Shown: in pieces, positions 34,056 to 47,526 of the stretch
How the letters are laid out: every line of letters begins with the position of its first letter
Numbering within the stretch: position 1 is the first letter of the stretch
Assembly: GCA_037447605.1 (NCBI GenBank)
Contig: CM074814.1
Span: 1,798,001-1,862,000 of the forward strand
Origin: Zygnema circumcarinatum SAG 698-1b
Taxonomy: Eukaryota > Plantae > Zygnematophyceae
Length of the DNA: 64,000 bases
Direction: 5' to 3'
The notes under the pieces: model-generated
What the model saw: only the letters and a program-made list of their open reading frames with translations
The model's database searches: none
What the model was told of the DNA's origin: nothing
Program-made: the position numbers and the translations under genes

Positions 34056-34730
34056 GGGAGGGGCTGCTCCAACATTCAATTTGATGGAACTATATCGTCC
34101 GGCGAAAAAATAGACCATTTTTGTTGAACTTTTGACGAAGAAAAGGATGAATTTCGTGGTAGTCTATATTGTGATGTTTCGCGGGAGGCCTCAAAACGGA
34201 AATTTAAGAAAATACAGTCGTCCAGTGTCAATAGATTGCAATAGATTGATCGATTTGATGTTGAAGTTATGCATTGGAGTACTGCACTGCAACTTTCAAA
34301 TGAAAGTAGGAGTGGCATTGGAGTTTTCAAAGTTATGATGACTTTATGTTCCATTCGCCTTGGCAGACGGACAGTTTACCGTTCATCCTATGTAGTGCTT
34401 TCCCGTTGACCTCTTTTAGCGCGGACATCGCTGACCATGCCCCCCCACCAATCGATATCAGACGGAGCCCTGTGGGCCACACAGCTTACACCATTTCACA
34501 AATGTTTGTTTGAAATTTTGGGAATACAAAACGCTAGTTGTATATCCCATTCACATGCAACCAACCATGCGTGCGTTCTGACTCTTACATTCACATTCAT
34601 GCCCACCCCACTAGAGTTACTATACCATGTAAGCCCATGTTTACCATACACGCCCGTACGGTATTCCCTTCCGTATGGACCCTGTACGGCCCTCGTCGTG
34701 GCTCCGCCCTATCTCATCGATCGGGTGCGC

Positions 34731-34860
34731 TGACGTGGTGCCGTGCGGCCCGCCCATTGGCTCTGACCATGAACTCTTCTCCACCACGTGGCACGCCGCG
34801 AGTGGGTCAAATGTTGCCACGTTGCACGCGGGCAGTGGCGGGTGGCAATCGCGGATAAGG
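34731..34860 (+). promoter_or_regulatory. G-box / I-box cluster upstream of the TSP9-like gene
   Basis: TGACGTGG at 34731, CACGTG at 34785, further ACGT cores and GATAAG at 34854. G-box plus I-box is the classical light-responsive combination. Confidence 0.4.
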
Positions 34861-35695
34861 CCCCGCCCCCCACCCTTTGCGCTGCGGCCCTTTCTGCTGT
34901 GCTGCCCTCCACACGCCGGCTTCCTCCCCCCCGCAGGTATGCCCGCCATGGCGGCCTCCCTCTCCCGCACCCTCTCCCGCACCCACTCCGTTTCCTCTCC
35001 CTAGGCAGACCTCCTGCGCTACGTTGTGGTGCTGCCACTTGACATGGTGGAGGGAATATTTAAATGAGATGTGCCCTTCTAGAACGGTGGCATGAGGTTC
35101 AGGCGTTTGATATGGGAATTGGATGAGCATCCGGCACGGGTGGGAGTTGCAGATTGCAGATGCTTGTTGCTGCGCGTGGTTTCATTGACATGTGATTGCC
35201 GCATGGGACGCGGCTGAATGTGCGGTTGACCATGCAGTGCTGGTGCCTTGTTTGATTTTTACTTCCATGGGCGTATAGCTGCCAGAGGCTCGTTCTTCTA
35301 CAATCCCCTCCCGGGCTAAACCTTTCAGTATGCCAAAGCTTCCTGGCTGTCGTACTGTTTGGCTTCACTTTGAAATAGTTACCGCTGCTGGCTTCGCTTC
35401 ACTGCATCTGCGCACTACATGACGAATAATCAGCGATGGCAGCATTTGCCATTGATTGGTTGAGCCGGAGAGCCTCTGCATGACGCCGTGACTCGACTTG
35501 ACAAATGTTCTAGGTTGTAGTTCCAGATGTCGTCTCTTTCGTGATGAGACGTAGCTACTAATGGCACGCAATCAGTAGGGACAGCCTTTATCGTCGTGTG
35601 GTACTCCTGAAGCAGTGCCCGAAGACTATGCATTGCCAACCTAAGAGAATGTGCCTACTGGCGTGCGCGTGATGCTCAGGCAATCTCTCAGCACA

Positions 35696-36495
35696 ATGGC
35701 GACCATGACTGTCTGCATGGCTGGACCTGCTTTCGCCGCGCGGGCCATGGCTGGTAAGCCCAAGGAGAGCAGCGGCAACTTCCTGGACTTCCTGAACAAA
35801 GCCTTTGACAAGGAAGCGCTCTCGGAACTTGACCCAGGTAAGGTGGCTGACTTCGATTCTTGAAAGAACTTGAAAGATCGGCTCGTATTGAAAGTCGGGT
35901 TCATGACGAGTCTGGTTGTGAAATTGAAATGCAGCTATTGAAGATTTAGCTATAAGCTCTTATCGGTGATGATCGACGAAGTGGTGATCTGTACAGTTAC
36001 TTTCAAGACTGAAATGCATTTAGCCTGTCCCTTGAAAGCTCCTTGAAATCGTTCTAAGTTGCTTTTCAGCAGTGCGTTTGTTGCTCGTCCTCCTTGTCAC
36101 TTTACATTTGGACATCCCCTACACGGGAAGGCAAATTATGAAAGGGTTCAGTATAGAAACCCACTTGCGATTCTCTTTTTCTTGATTCAGTTTTGCAGAA
36201 GGTTAGTGGCAACGAGCCTGCCAAGGCACCCGCTAGGAAGTTGCCTGTCAAGGTATGGTGATCCACCTCCACCCCGCCTAGTCGAACTTGGGGCTTTGCT
36301 ATTTTCCAAGTTGCTTGCTACTTTACATTGCTCTGGTGACTGCGGCAAGTCTGTTTAGGAGAGGTGGTCAAGTTCAGTAAAGTCCTGATGTTATGGCACC
36401 CCGGCATCTACATCACGTTCATGCTTGAGGTGCTGCATGCATCCAGATGACATATCCTTCCGTTCGTCTGTGTGCAGAAACCAGTAAAGAAGTAG
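35696..36495 (+). CDS. TSP9: Thylakoid soluble phosphoprotein TSP9-like (exons 35696-35838, 36191-36252, probable 36478-36495)
   Basis: Spliced MATMTVCMAGPAFAARAMAGKPKESSGNFLDFLNKAFDKEALSELDP|VLQKVSGNEPAKAPARKLPVK|KPVKK* resembles the TSP9 core LDxxxxxxxKxxxxxETDPxLxKV, with a short transit peptide and Lys-rich tail. Splice phases are consistent. Confidence 0.65.
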
Positions 36496-37692
36496 AGAAA
36501 CGATGTGAAACTTTCATAGTTGAAGCTATGGGTATACTGATCGTTCTTAATGTGAATATTTTTTTACCATCATTAGGCAAGGTGCAGATAGCAGCTAGAA
36601 AGTCAGAACCGTTCTCGCTGATTGTCAATTACAGCGATTAGTGTCGACTGGCTAGAACTTCAACTTGTCGATCAATCAAATCATCCACCGCTTGCAACTG
36701 AGTGTCTAGTCTCGCAAATGCGACTGTTTTATTTGTGATTGCCTCGACCAGAAAGTGCTGTCCATTGCAACAGTTCCGTGCGTATGTGCGTTCACCGTGT
36801 TGCGTACACATTACACGTGTACACTCATATCAAGTACATTCGCCTCTGCTATTATTGACCTTTTGGCACTTCACAATCCTTCAGACAACTTTACTGAGAA
36901 GAGCAGCGAGAAATGATTTGATTTATTTCAATAGAGGTATGGCGTTTTGATGACATAAACGTGAAAGAGAAAACTAGTCCAATGTCATTTCACTCATCGA
37001 AATCGTCATTTCTTTGGCTGACCGGAGGAAGCAGTGCTATATGTTATGCTTTGCATACTTCTAATGGCAGAACCTCTTCCGCCGACCTCTCCAATTCTAC
37101 TTGGTTAACATGCCTGCTAAGGAAACTCCCCATCAGCCATGACTGCATTCTTAAACTCCTCAAATTTGACCGGACGATGACTAGGGGTTCACAGCTTCGG
37201 TCGAAAGCGATCTGGCGAGAGCCAAAAGAGGAACGCTATTCCACGGTCCACAGCGACGAGGCGCGTGGCACAACGAGGCTCCTCGTCGAGAACATGCTAC
37301 AACTGGAAGGCATATATTACATCTAAGAAGAATAGCGGCTAGGCATCCTGCTCTCCACGAGCTCTAACGTTTACATGGGCTCAAAATCTGGGAGGTGCAC
37401 GCAGCTAGAGTCCCCTAGTCTCCTGCACAGCGTGTCTTCAAGTCTATGGCTCCCTTTATGACCGAGTGGCGATGACTAACAGCCTACCGCCGCTTTACAA
37501 CCCTCTCCTAAAGCGACAGCCTCTAACATGAACAGGGCAGGCGGGAGAGAGGGAGAGGAAGGAATACACAGCAGCTCAATGCACTATTTGGCATTTGGAA
37601 ACCAAGTGAGACCTGAATCTGGGAGGTAAGTCGTAGGCGGGGGATGGATGGCTACATGTGGACCTGGAGTACGCCCTAACTAGATTGGAGCT

Positions 37693-40600
37693 TTAGGCAG
37701 GGGGGGTGGGCAAAGCGAAAAAATTATGGATTACTTTGTAAAGTTGGTCTTCCTCGATAGGTTTCGATAAGAAGCCGTCCATTCCCGACTCCATTGCCTT
37801 CTCTCGAGTGCCAAAAAAGATGTCCGCTGTGAGGGCGAAGATGGGCGTGTGCTTCATGCTGTGCTGCTTCTCCTGACTGCGGATGCGCCGCGTCGCCTCA
37901 AACCCATCCATGCCCGGCATCTGCCAAACCGCACAGCTCAAAACATGAAGGTCATCGATCGACCGACTAACCGACTCATCGACCGACGTCCTAAAATCGA
38001 TTGAAACTTCAAATTTGGATTGAGGAAACGGGAATACTATCCTTCTAGAGACAGCCAGGATGCCACATTCTGCCACATTTGTAGTCTTAAGAGAAGTTTG
38101 AGGACTTACCTGCACATCCATAAGGACGCAGTCGAACACGTGGCCCGGCTGCATCTTATCCACTGCTTGAGGGGCTCCCACCACCGCCACAACATCCACA
38201 CTATACCTCTGCAGCATCTTCTGAATCACTTTCCGGTTCACCATGTTGTCATCCACCTGCTCAGAAACATCCTCAGCAAGGCATAGAGTGAGCAACATCG
38301 CCGACTCCTGGAAAACACAGCTCACACATAGCCCCACATCTCTCCTTCGATGTGACGTACATATTTTGTATCTTGACAGCATGGGTCGACTGGGTTAAGG
38401 CCTTTAAAATAAGAGCTCACCACCAAGAAATGTTTGCCCCTCAGAACAGCTGAAAGCATCTGAGACGTCCCCGGCCTCTCTTCCCCCACAGGCGGAGGCA
38501 GCTTCCTCGGAGAGGGATTCCTCCTCACCACTGGAAGCACCTCCTGACCTCCTCCCATTGTCGGCTCCAACACAGCACTCCCTGCAGGAGACCTGAACCC
38601 GTGACCTGCCGGTTGCGACTCACTCCCTCCCTGATGCCCTAAAGGGGAAGCTCCGTGACCAAAAGGGCCTCCTCCTCCTCCTCCTCCTGAGGAAAAGGAG
38701 GTGCCATTCCCGGGACTGGAAGCTCCTGAATTTGGACGAGGAGAGCGGCGGAGAGGAGGAGTAGCTGCGAGCTCTCCCGAAGAGGAGGGAGCAGTCCCGG
38801 GGGGGCTCACAGGGCGCAGGGCCTGAGCAAGGCAGCCGGCTAAGCTTGCTTTTCGGAGGGGTTTAAGGAGGGTTGCATCGTAGCCAGAGTCTCTCGCCTC
38901 CTCCTCCATGGTGGGATCTCTTACCAGAAGGATGGACCGCCACGTGCTCACAGCTTTAGTGCCTCCCAAAGGATAAAGACCCTCTGCTATAGGAGGGTAG
39001 AAACCGTCCACCATGGTTGAAGGGTTTATGTCTCCATGGCCGCCGCCGCCAAGGGACGAGCTTTCGGCCGTTGAAGAGGGGTGATTCAACATAACTTCCC
39101 GCCAATTCTTGCCGAGCAGACCTGTCCTAGATAGGGTTTCCCCGTCGACAATCAGAATGGGAGTGAGTGGGCCAGTGAAAGAGTGTTGAGGACTTGCGCT
39201 GGGAGAGGTTGTGTCTTGTGAGAACGAAGGAGTGATTGGAATTTCAGGTCTTTCAGTATCGAACTGAGCCTGCTCAAGGAGTTCAGGTACATTCTCCAGC
39301 GAGTCTGCCAGATGCACCTCCATTCGGAGTCGGCGAAGATAGCTCGCTGTGACAGCTCGTCGCACAGAGCGATCATCCACAACAATTGCTGCCCTTCCCT
39401 GCAGGGAAAGGTTTTGTTCCGCGAGTAAGGGAGCAAGCCATCATCGCTGAACCATTTGCAACAAACCATTTGTCACTGCAATTTCGGACGGTCCACTCCC
39501 CTCACCTGCAGATCTGACGAGCGTATGCCGTTGGACAGTCTCCTTTTACTGCTGGGAGTGGGAGGGGCGGTCGTTCTCTCGTACGGCACTGTCATGTCAA
39601 AGAAGAAGGTGGTCCCCACTTTGGGTCTTGACGTGAAGGCCAATCGCCCGCCCATGAGGGCCACCAGGTGCTGCGAGATGGAGAGCCCAATACCTGGTAG
39701 GAAACAATGGGAGATTGTTTCTCATTATCAGCGTAATTGAGTTAAAATTGGTAATGAGAATGTCAAAATGAAGTCAAAACACAATAAACATAATAAACTA
39801 ATAAAATTTTAAATAACTATTATGATATATCTGCATTGGCTTCTCCTCCCATTAACCAAGGGCCACCAGCAGGTGCTGCGAATACCCGTGCCGCCGTGAG
39901 TTCGTGTAGTGGAAGTGTCTGCCTGCACAAAGGGCTTGAAAAGACGGCCCTGCGAAGCCCAGGGAATCCCCTGCCCCGTGTCCTGCAACCCATCCCAAAA
40001 TGCTTCACTTTAACCCGACCGTTGAACATTTGCACGTATGACTTGCACTTGCACCAACGTTGATGGTCCATTGGACCACTCGGAGCACCACAAAGCCCCC
40101 TCCCTCCCCCCCCACTCACCTCCACTGAAACCACTAATCGCACCATCCCTGTGGCCCCACCCACATCCGGCCGTAGATGGCGGACGGGCCCAAACCCCGG
40201 GAGGGGGTCTACAAGGTCTCGGATGCGATGCCAACTGTTGCAGCTCTCTACTGCTTGCACTCCACTCAAAGTCAACCACTCGTCCGCCCTCATAACGTCT
40301 CCTGAAAGCGTTCCCCACGGACTGCTTATAGGCAGAGGAGCATTTTTCACTTCCAACAGCTGTGCCACCCCTTCTATTGATGCACCCCCCCCCGTACTCC
40401 TCTGCGAGCCTTCCACTCGAATGTCTACAGTAGTCGATTGCCGCGAAATTGAGTTGCGACGTGAGCTTGCAGACTCCCAGCTTGCTCGTTTGAGGCGAAG
40501 GTATCCCCCCGGGTCTGCTCCTTCAAGACTGTTGCGGCTTGGAGGGACTTCAATACTTGTTCGCCGATCTTCGGAGAGGCGAGCAACGGAGCGGCCATCG

Positions 40601-43600
40601 GAAAAGTGGGCACCCTCGAGGGCAATGTCTTCTTCAGGGGAGGCAGTTCGGATGACAATGAAGATGTGGCCCTTGTTGGTGAACTTGCAGGAGTTGGAAA
40701 GGAGGTTGATGAGCACCTGGAGGGGCAATTCAGCGAGTGCAAGGGCAGTTTCAGGGCAAACAGGCATTGAGAAAGGAAGAGAATGTCCAAGACGTGACTC
40801 GGTTGCAGTCAGATCGTCTTGTCTTAGGAAAGCAAATGAAAAGATTCACCATACACAGTTTAATTTTGGGGTCTTCAACAGTTTCTAAGTTCAAATTCAA
40901 GCTGTGGACAGACAGCTGATCAGACCATTAGCGGCGTGCATGACCTCTTTCGGCTGAGTGATTCAAAGAAAACAGAATCTATGGATGCTCCATGGATCCT
41001 TCTCCCTCGAAAATCTTTTTTAAGTAGTTTGGGGATGGAAGACTAAAGAAAAAACTCCAGGAAATCAACAGGAGCGTATGAGCTTGTGTGCGTCTCACAA
41101 CAAATGCAGATTTATGGCTTTCGCTTGCCAGGTCAAGTTCTCATAAAACAACCGTGAATTGGGACATCCGAAAACCCCTAGTTATGAACATTTCCCGGCA
41201 TTTCAGCCTTCACGAAGTTACTGCATTACCTAAAGGGGGAAAGCTAAGGGGGCGAGATGATCTACATGTTTCAGTGAAACATAGTAAGCACTGACTGTGC
41301 TTTCAATGGGGCCCTACCGGACGTCAAGAGGGCAGGTCAGTATCCTAACCTCTGGTCATATCAAACCCTCTAAACTGTGAAGATGGTGAACCTATACGAT
41401 GAACTGGACCGTGTATTGGCTTTTCCGTTTCACAGCAACCGCTGCTTCCCAGCCCAAACGCAGGCGTTGACTTTGACCGCAGGACCCATGAAGGACCTGA
41501 AAGTGTTCAGATTGAACTGTACAGAGCGGCAGAGCGAGCTTTCTCTCACCTGCCGAAAGCGGAGGGAGTCTCCCACAATGGCGTGAGGGACCGCATCGTG
41601 CACAAAGGCGGCCACCTCCACTTGTGGTTTTTTGCGCGTTCTCTCCACAAACATGCTCAGCACATCGTCCACTTCAGCACGCAAGTCCACACGTGTTCTC
41701 TCCAGCTCCATCCTCCCCGCCTGAGAGAGACAACCGGAAGTGAGAGGGAGGAGCGTTACGACCTCTCGCTACTTTGGATGAGTCACTCACCCTCTATGGT
41801 TACATTTACATCTGCCTCTGACTGGCGACATATGTGAATTGCATACATGGGTGCTGACCTTGATGACTGACATAGCGTTAATAAGGTTCTCAGTTTTAGG
41901 CCTGGGGGATAAGGTTCAGCTCGTGTTTAGAGAAGTTTGTCTACATGGGTTGAGGACGAGGCGAAGTGAGAGCGGGTAGGGCGACTGAGCATGCCCTTCA
42001 AAGGGAGCCGTACACCAACCTCAATCTTAGAGAGATCAAGAATGTCATTGATGAGAGAACAGAGCGCCCTCCCACTCGTGCGTGCCGTTTCAACATAGTC
42101 CAGCTGTGTGGCATCCAAGGGGGTCTGCAAGAGAAGGTTCATCATGCCTGGACAGGCAGACCCCACCTCACCCTTCGGTCACCCACTTATGACATGCCAT
42201 CTTGTCCACTCAATCAAACAAAACCCGCAATCCATTGTTTCAGAATACGGCTCCCAACACGGCTGAGTAGTAGCACGCGAACGGCAAACGGTCCTCCCAC
42301 CTATGACCCCATTCATGGGTGTGCGAATCTCGTGCGACATGGTGGCCAGAAATGTGCCCTTCGCCTTGCTCGCTGCTTCTGCCGCCACCTTGGCTGCCCG
42401 CATCTGCTCCTTTAGGGCCTCCATGCGCCGGTATTCGCGCCGCATGCGCTGCATTCGCCAGAAGGTGACCCACACGAAGGCCATGGCGGCCAACCACAGC
42501 AGCAGCACTGCCACCGCCCAGTACAGGGCCGGGAAAGAGAACCATCTCCTGTCCCCGTGTCTGAAAGGAAAAGGGGGGAGAGGGGGGGATAAGGGGTGCT
42601 GCAATTGGACTTCAATTCTACGAGCTTTCTCGAACAAGAGAGAGGAAACGCATTTTGGGTGTGTTCTCTCAAGCGTAGGTTTAGAAAAGAAACCAAAATC
42701 GTTTCGAGGAGAACGCGGAAAGGGCCAAAGGGGTGGAGCCAAAAGAATGGGATGAATGGGAGTCTGGTAACAACATGCACACTTGCAGACCTCGGCCCCT
42801 TTCAGGGAAAGTCAGCTTCACTGACTGTAGGCGGAAAGCAAGATGCAGCTGACCTGCAGCGGAGCTCATGCTGCCGAAAAGGGTCTCCCAAGCTGACGAC
42901 AGCTACGGCAGCATAGTCGTCATCCTCCCCAGGTGGCAGCTGGTGATTGGCCGGCTGGTACAGCAGGACAGGCTGCGACACATTTGTTGTGACGTCATAG
43001 AGGCGGGCAAACACTCCATCCATGGCGTCTTTCGAGTCCTGCACATCCCACAACAAGGTAGGCTGTCCACATTATCTGCTTGTTCGTGTTCATATTTCAT
43101 GCTTCAAGTTGAGGTTTACAACTTTTAGAATTCACCTGGCACTGCAATGAGCACTAATGATCGAAATTGATCAGCATTCTACATTCTGCAGCCAAACCTC
43201 ACGGCTTCACTGAAAAACAGAAAGTGGAACAACGGTAGAGGTCGCAAGCTGCACCGTATGTGGATTAGACGCTGTTTAACTAAGCGTTTGATAGCCCTCA
43301 AACCACTGCTGCTATCGCTCCACTCCTGCTAAATATATCTCTTTCCAGTGATTCAATATAAACCCTATTTCTATCAATTCGTAGTTCATGCACAGTTTGC
43401 TTCTCCTCTTGGAATCTCCTCCATAACCAAATCCTTTTCCTTCAGTCATACTTTCAAGAGCTTCTACGAAGTATTTCTCTGTAAATATCTTTCTGGTCTT
43501 ACTGGTCTGGTGATGTATGCAGCCGCTTCTCCAAGCCAACCAGTATGTTATTATTCACTTTTGCTTAACATGTCTGTGCGCTTATATGTCTCGTGTTCAA

Positions 43601-46600
43601 CACCCCTATGGACTCCTGCCGTATCCTTGCAGTACTTCAAACATGGACTCTCTTCGTGTGTGATAATCTTTTTCACGCTGTTATCACCATGTTCAAAGTC
43701 TCCTACACAGCCGCGCTAAGTGCCGTCCTCATCATTCTATATAATTCCCTGTGCCACTACCCCATCTTAGAAGAACTTCCCAGTTAACAATTTACTACCT
43801 CCACCACACTACCCATCGCATCTCTTCATCTTCTTTCACAGCTCTCCATGTGGTGTCAATGTGGTGTCCATGTGGTACTGATACACTGATTAATGTCCCG
43901 ATTCTTACTTGTTGCACAAAGTGTCTCATATTTCTGCCTTGTTTACTCAGCAAACCAGCAAACCCTCACGTTCCGTACGGCTCCTAGTGTTGCACCAGCT
44001 GCTTGCTTTCCTCCTTCTCATCTATGATCCTACATACACTTACCCTACATCTCCCTCTTACAAACTCTTCCACACCAACAACACACAACTTCTTCTCCTA
44101 CCTCCTCCGTTTGCTCCTCCATTTGTCCAAAACTGCTCCTAGATGGCCACCCTAGGCTCCTCTAAACCCACACAATGTGTGACCTTGGTGAACAAACTCG
44201 TGAACAACATCGTGACTCACGCTCGAGAATGAAGTATACCGGGTTTCTTGATGCTCACTACTCACCTGTAAGACCGTGTCGAATACTGCCGACATATTGT
44301 AGTACGCCATCAAGAAGCCTGCACAGGTGGCTTCAGTCTGCACCGCCAAACTTGAGTTTCTGTAGACAGGGTAGACCTGGGCCACACTGCCGTTCAGATT
44401 TCCAAACTGCAACTCTGCAGGCTTGCTCAGAGCTCCGAGAGTCCCGTTTTTCCACGCCCTCGCCATGGCCTCCCCCAGTTCGGGCTCTGCAGGGAGGCAG
44501 AATGATGCGTGGGAAAATAGAGCCTCAGAACTACTGTTTATTATGCGACAACTACGGCATTTTTGGGAAACGAGGTCCATGCCAGTTTTTATAATCTCTA
44601 CGGTGCACTCAGTGCATCACATTTGTCTGATACTTTTGAAATGAGTTGTGAAAGAGTTCTGAGTTTGCCATCCATGAAGCTGCTCTGAAAGATGAGTGGC
44701 AGCATGTAAACGTAAAGGTGAAAGTCCGGTCTTGACACATACGAGAGAATGCGTCAACGCCGATAATGACCTGGTCCACCGCCCCTGCACTGGACGAGAA
44801 AAGAAACGGCGCATACTCCTCCCGCGCAGTCTCACACTCTCCCTCCACCGTCCTGCGATGAAGTCATGGGCAAATGGGGCCAACCCCACTGAGGGAGACC
44901 GTGTGAGAGAGGGACCCCACTAACACAAGAGAGAGTGCGAGAGGGAGGAGTGGGGAGGGACGGTCCCTGGGTGGCCATGGCAGGCCGGGTGGGGGGAGGG
45001 CTCCCTAACCTGATGCAGCTCAGAACGTGCTGCGCTGTGTAGTTGGCGAGACCCGCAGCCGCAAGCAGGGGGGCGTAGGCCAGTACACGTGTGAGGGGTC
45101 GAGAGTAATTTGTCTTCTCGCCGAAGATTTCAAACGTTCTCTGCTCCAACCATGCAGGACATCTCACATTGTGAGTGAGCAGACAACGGCAGCAGCACTG
45201 CAGAGGGACTACGGGAGCGGGGGTGAAGAAGAGGAGGGGGAAGGAAGGTGGGTGGTCAAGGCTTAGAGACATCATGGTTTCTCGGTAAAGGACGGGTGCG
45301 TTTAGCACAGGTCGACCGACCGGCCAGCTGGAAAATGTAGGATAAAAGGCATGCATTTTCTTATAAGCTAACTAATCGGTGCTGCGGATGAAGAGACAGA
45401 GGGAGCCCAGCTCACTGCCTCCAAGGCACTCTCGGCGGTATCCTGCTAAATGCTCACACGAATAGGCCATTTTGGAGCGACGAAAAAAAAATTATTGAGA
45501 AAAAACTCCGCCTAAATTAACAAAAAGGAACAAATGAGAATGAAAGCGTTGCCTCTCTAAACCTGTTAAATGCACCAAATGGGGTTGCATTAGAGCAATA
45601 ACTGCAACCTCCTATGCCGCAATCTGACATCCCACCAGCTGGCTGAACAAAATAGTAATAACCTGTGGCGATAGAGCCGACAAGTCACAAGAGTTGCTCG
45701 CCCGCTGTATTAGGGCTATGATACTACCCGAGAGTCCGCTTCACTGTGGGACTGGAAGCAGCTTCAAATTGACTCAGCCATGAAGGGGTAGAGGAAGACC
45801 AGAGAGAGAGAGAAAGAGAGAGATGGGAGGAAGGGTGAAAGACGAAGAGAGGGAGAGTTGAGGGGCACCTGGTCAAGCGAGCTGCCTGGCCTCTCGTAAT
45901 AGAAAGTAGTAAGGAGGTCACTCATGAGTCGAGCTTGCTGCGAACTCTGTGAAAAGCGGTTTGACAAAGAAAGACTCCATGCCTCGCATTGCTCCTTGAT
46001 GAGGTCCTGCGAGAAGTCCGCCGTATTTCTGAGGTCAGAATGATGCTGCATGCACTATGCATTTTAAAGGTACCGCCAAAATGAGAAGTTCCTCTCATTT
46101 TCCACGCTTGCCAGAATTTGACATCCGTAAATACGGAAGCATTATAGAACCATTACGCAGCACTATATACTACAACCTGTAACCTTTTCACTACTACCGC
46201 TGCTACCCCTGCTTCCACTTCCCTACAGTAATTGTGCTGCAGTGTAGAATTCTTCAACTTTGCGGAGAGAAAGGACTGAATCTGAGAGAAAGCAACAGAC
46301 TTCAGCAAGTTCTGTGTTCAGCGGAATTTGGTTTGAACTGAACTCTCAACCATGGAACAGTAATGTGCCGAACAAATCATGTCCAAAACGGAGTTCATCC
46401 GTCATTTCCCGCAGGCACCTTCCTGACGGTACTGCCGCACTCTTCTAATTCGTCAACGGGCATCGCCTGCTTGTAAAAGTCTTTCGTCGCTTTGTGAAAC
46501 AGCCAAGCACTGCCTCACAACGCTAATAACCCTAACAATGTGCATGCATCCCTTTGCAACGAAATGGTGGCCCCTGCTCCAGCAGAACAGCTGCAGCGTG

Positions 46601-47043
46601 CCTTTCTCGTCGCAAGTGAACATGCAGATACAAAACCCTTATACGCTGTTTCCAAGAAGTCCTTGGAGCGGCACATTGAGAGCGGCAACCTTCACCTAAG
46701 ATAAAGCCCTAACCTTGCGGTGGTTCTCAGCGCGGAAGTAGACGAGCAGGAAGACGCCGGTGGCGACCATAGCTCCAAGTAGGCCAAGGCCGATGCCCGC
46801 CCAGCGTCTGCGCAGCAGCAAGAGGCCGCAGCAGGGGTCTGCCACGTGGAGGCAGCCGGGTTCCTCCTCCGTCTCCGGCTCCAAGCCCGGAGGCGGTCGG
46901 TGCTCGGCCATGATTGGCTCCACGGAGGCCAGGCTGCTGCTGGAGCTGGGAGTGCCGAGGGAGTCCCGCCCGCTGTCGCTCGCCGAGGCAGTGCCCACGC
47001 TCTCAGAAGGGTTCACCCGCGCGCCCGCCTCCCCTCTGCACAT
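37693..47043 (-). CDS. CHASE-domain hybrid histidine kinase (cytokinin-receptor-like CHK), multi-exon; start at 47043 or 46911
   Basis: TM ([22 protein letters not shown]), CHASE-like EEYAPFLFS...GVDAFS...[12 protein letters not shown], second TM, H-box [31 protein letters not shown]-box [13 protein letters not shown]-boxes, and receiver FDCVLMDVQ|[14 protein letters not shown]...ALTAD...GMDGFLSKP. Confidence 0.93.
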
Positions 47044-47526
47044 CGCTTCCCCCGCCACCCCGCCGCCTCCCGCCGTCTCCCCGCGAACAGCCCCTCCCCC
47101 GCCCCCTTCTCCCCGCCCTTGCCTCTCATCCACCCCGCCCCTCCCCGCCCTCTCCTTCGCTTTTAGGGTTTCTGGGCCTGGCCGAGAGCGAGCAAGAGAG
47201 TGAGAGTGGGAGAGCCAGAGAGCGGGCAGGTAGAGGGAGGAGGGAGGAGGCGCGGACCCGAGCTACGGGCAAGAGGTGCCCTAATAAGGATTGTAGGCCG
47301 TAGCCCTAGCCCGTAGGCCCTAGCGCGTAGGGTCTGTCCGCCAGTGCCAGTGCCCGGCCCTTTGGGGCGTTACTGCGCCGCCCGGGCCCGCCCGCCCGCC
47401 CGCTCGCCCGCCACGTGCTCCCGCGCGCGCATTCAATGCGCCCCGCCGGCAGCCAATCAGCGCGCGCCGCCCGGCTATTCCGAGGCCGCCGCCCGGCACC
47501 CTGGGGAGGACTTGGCGGACTACGCG

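Noticed and set aside
43330-44150. C/T-rich intron segment in the CHK gene possibly a decayed LINE
   Set aside because: No endonuclease or RT motif, poly-A tail or TSD could be identified.
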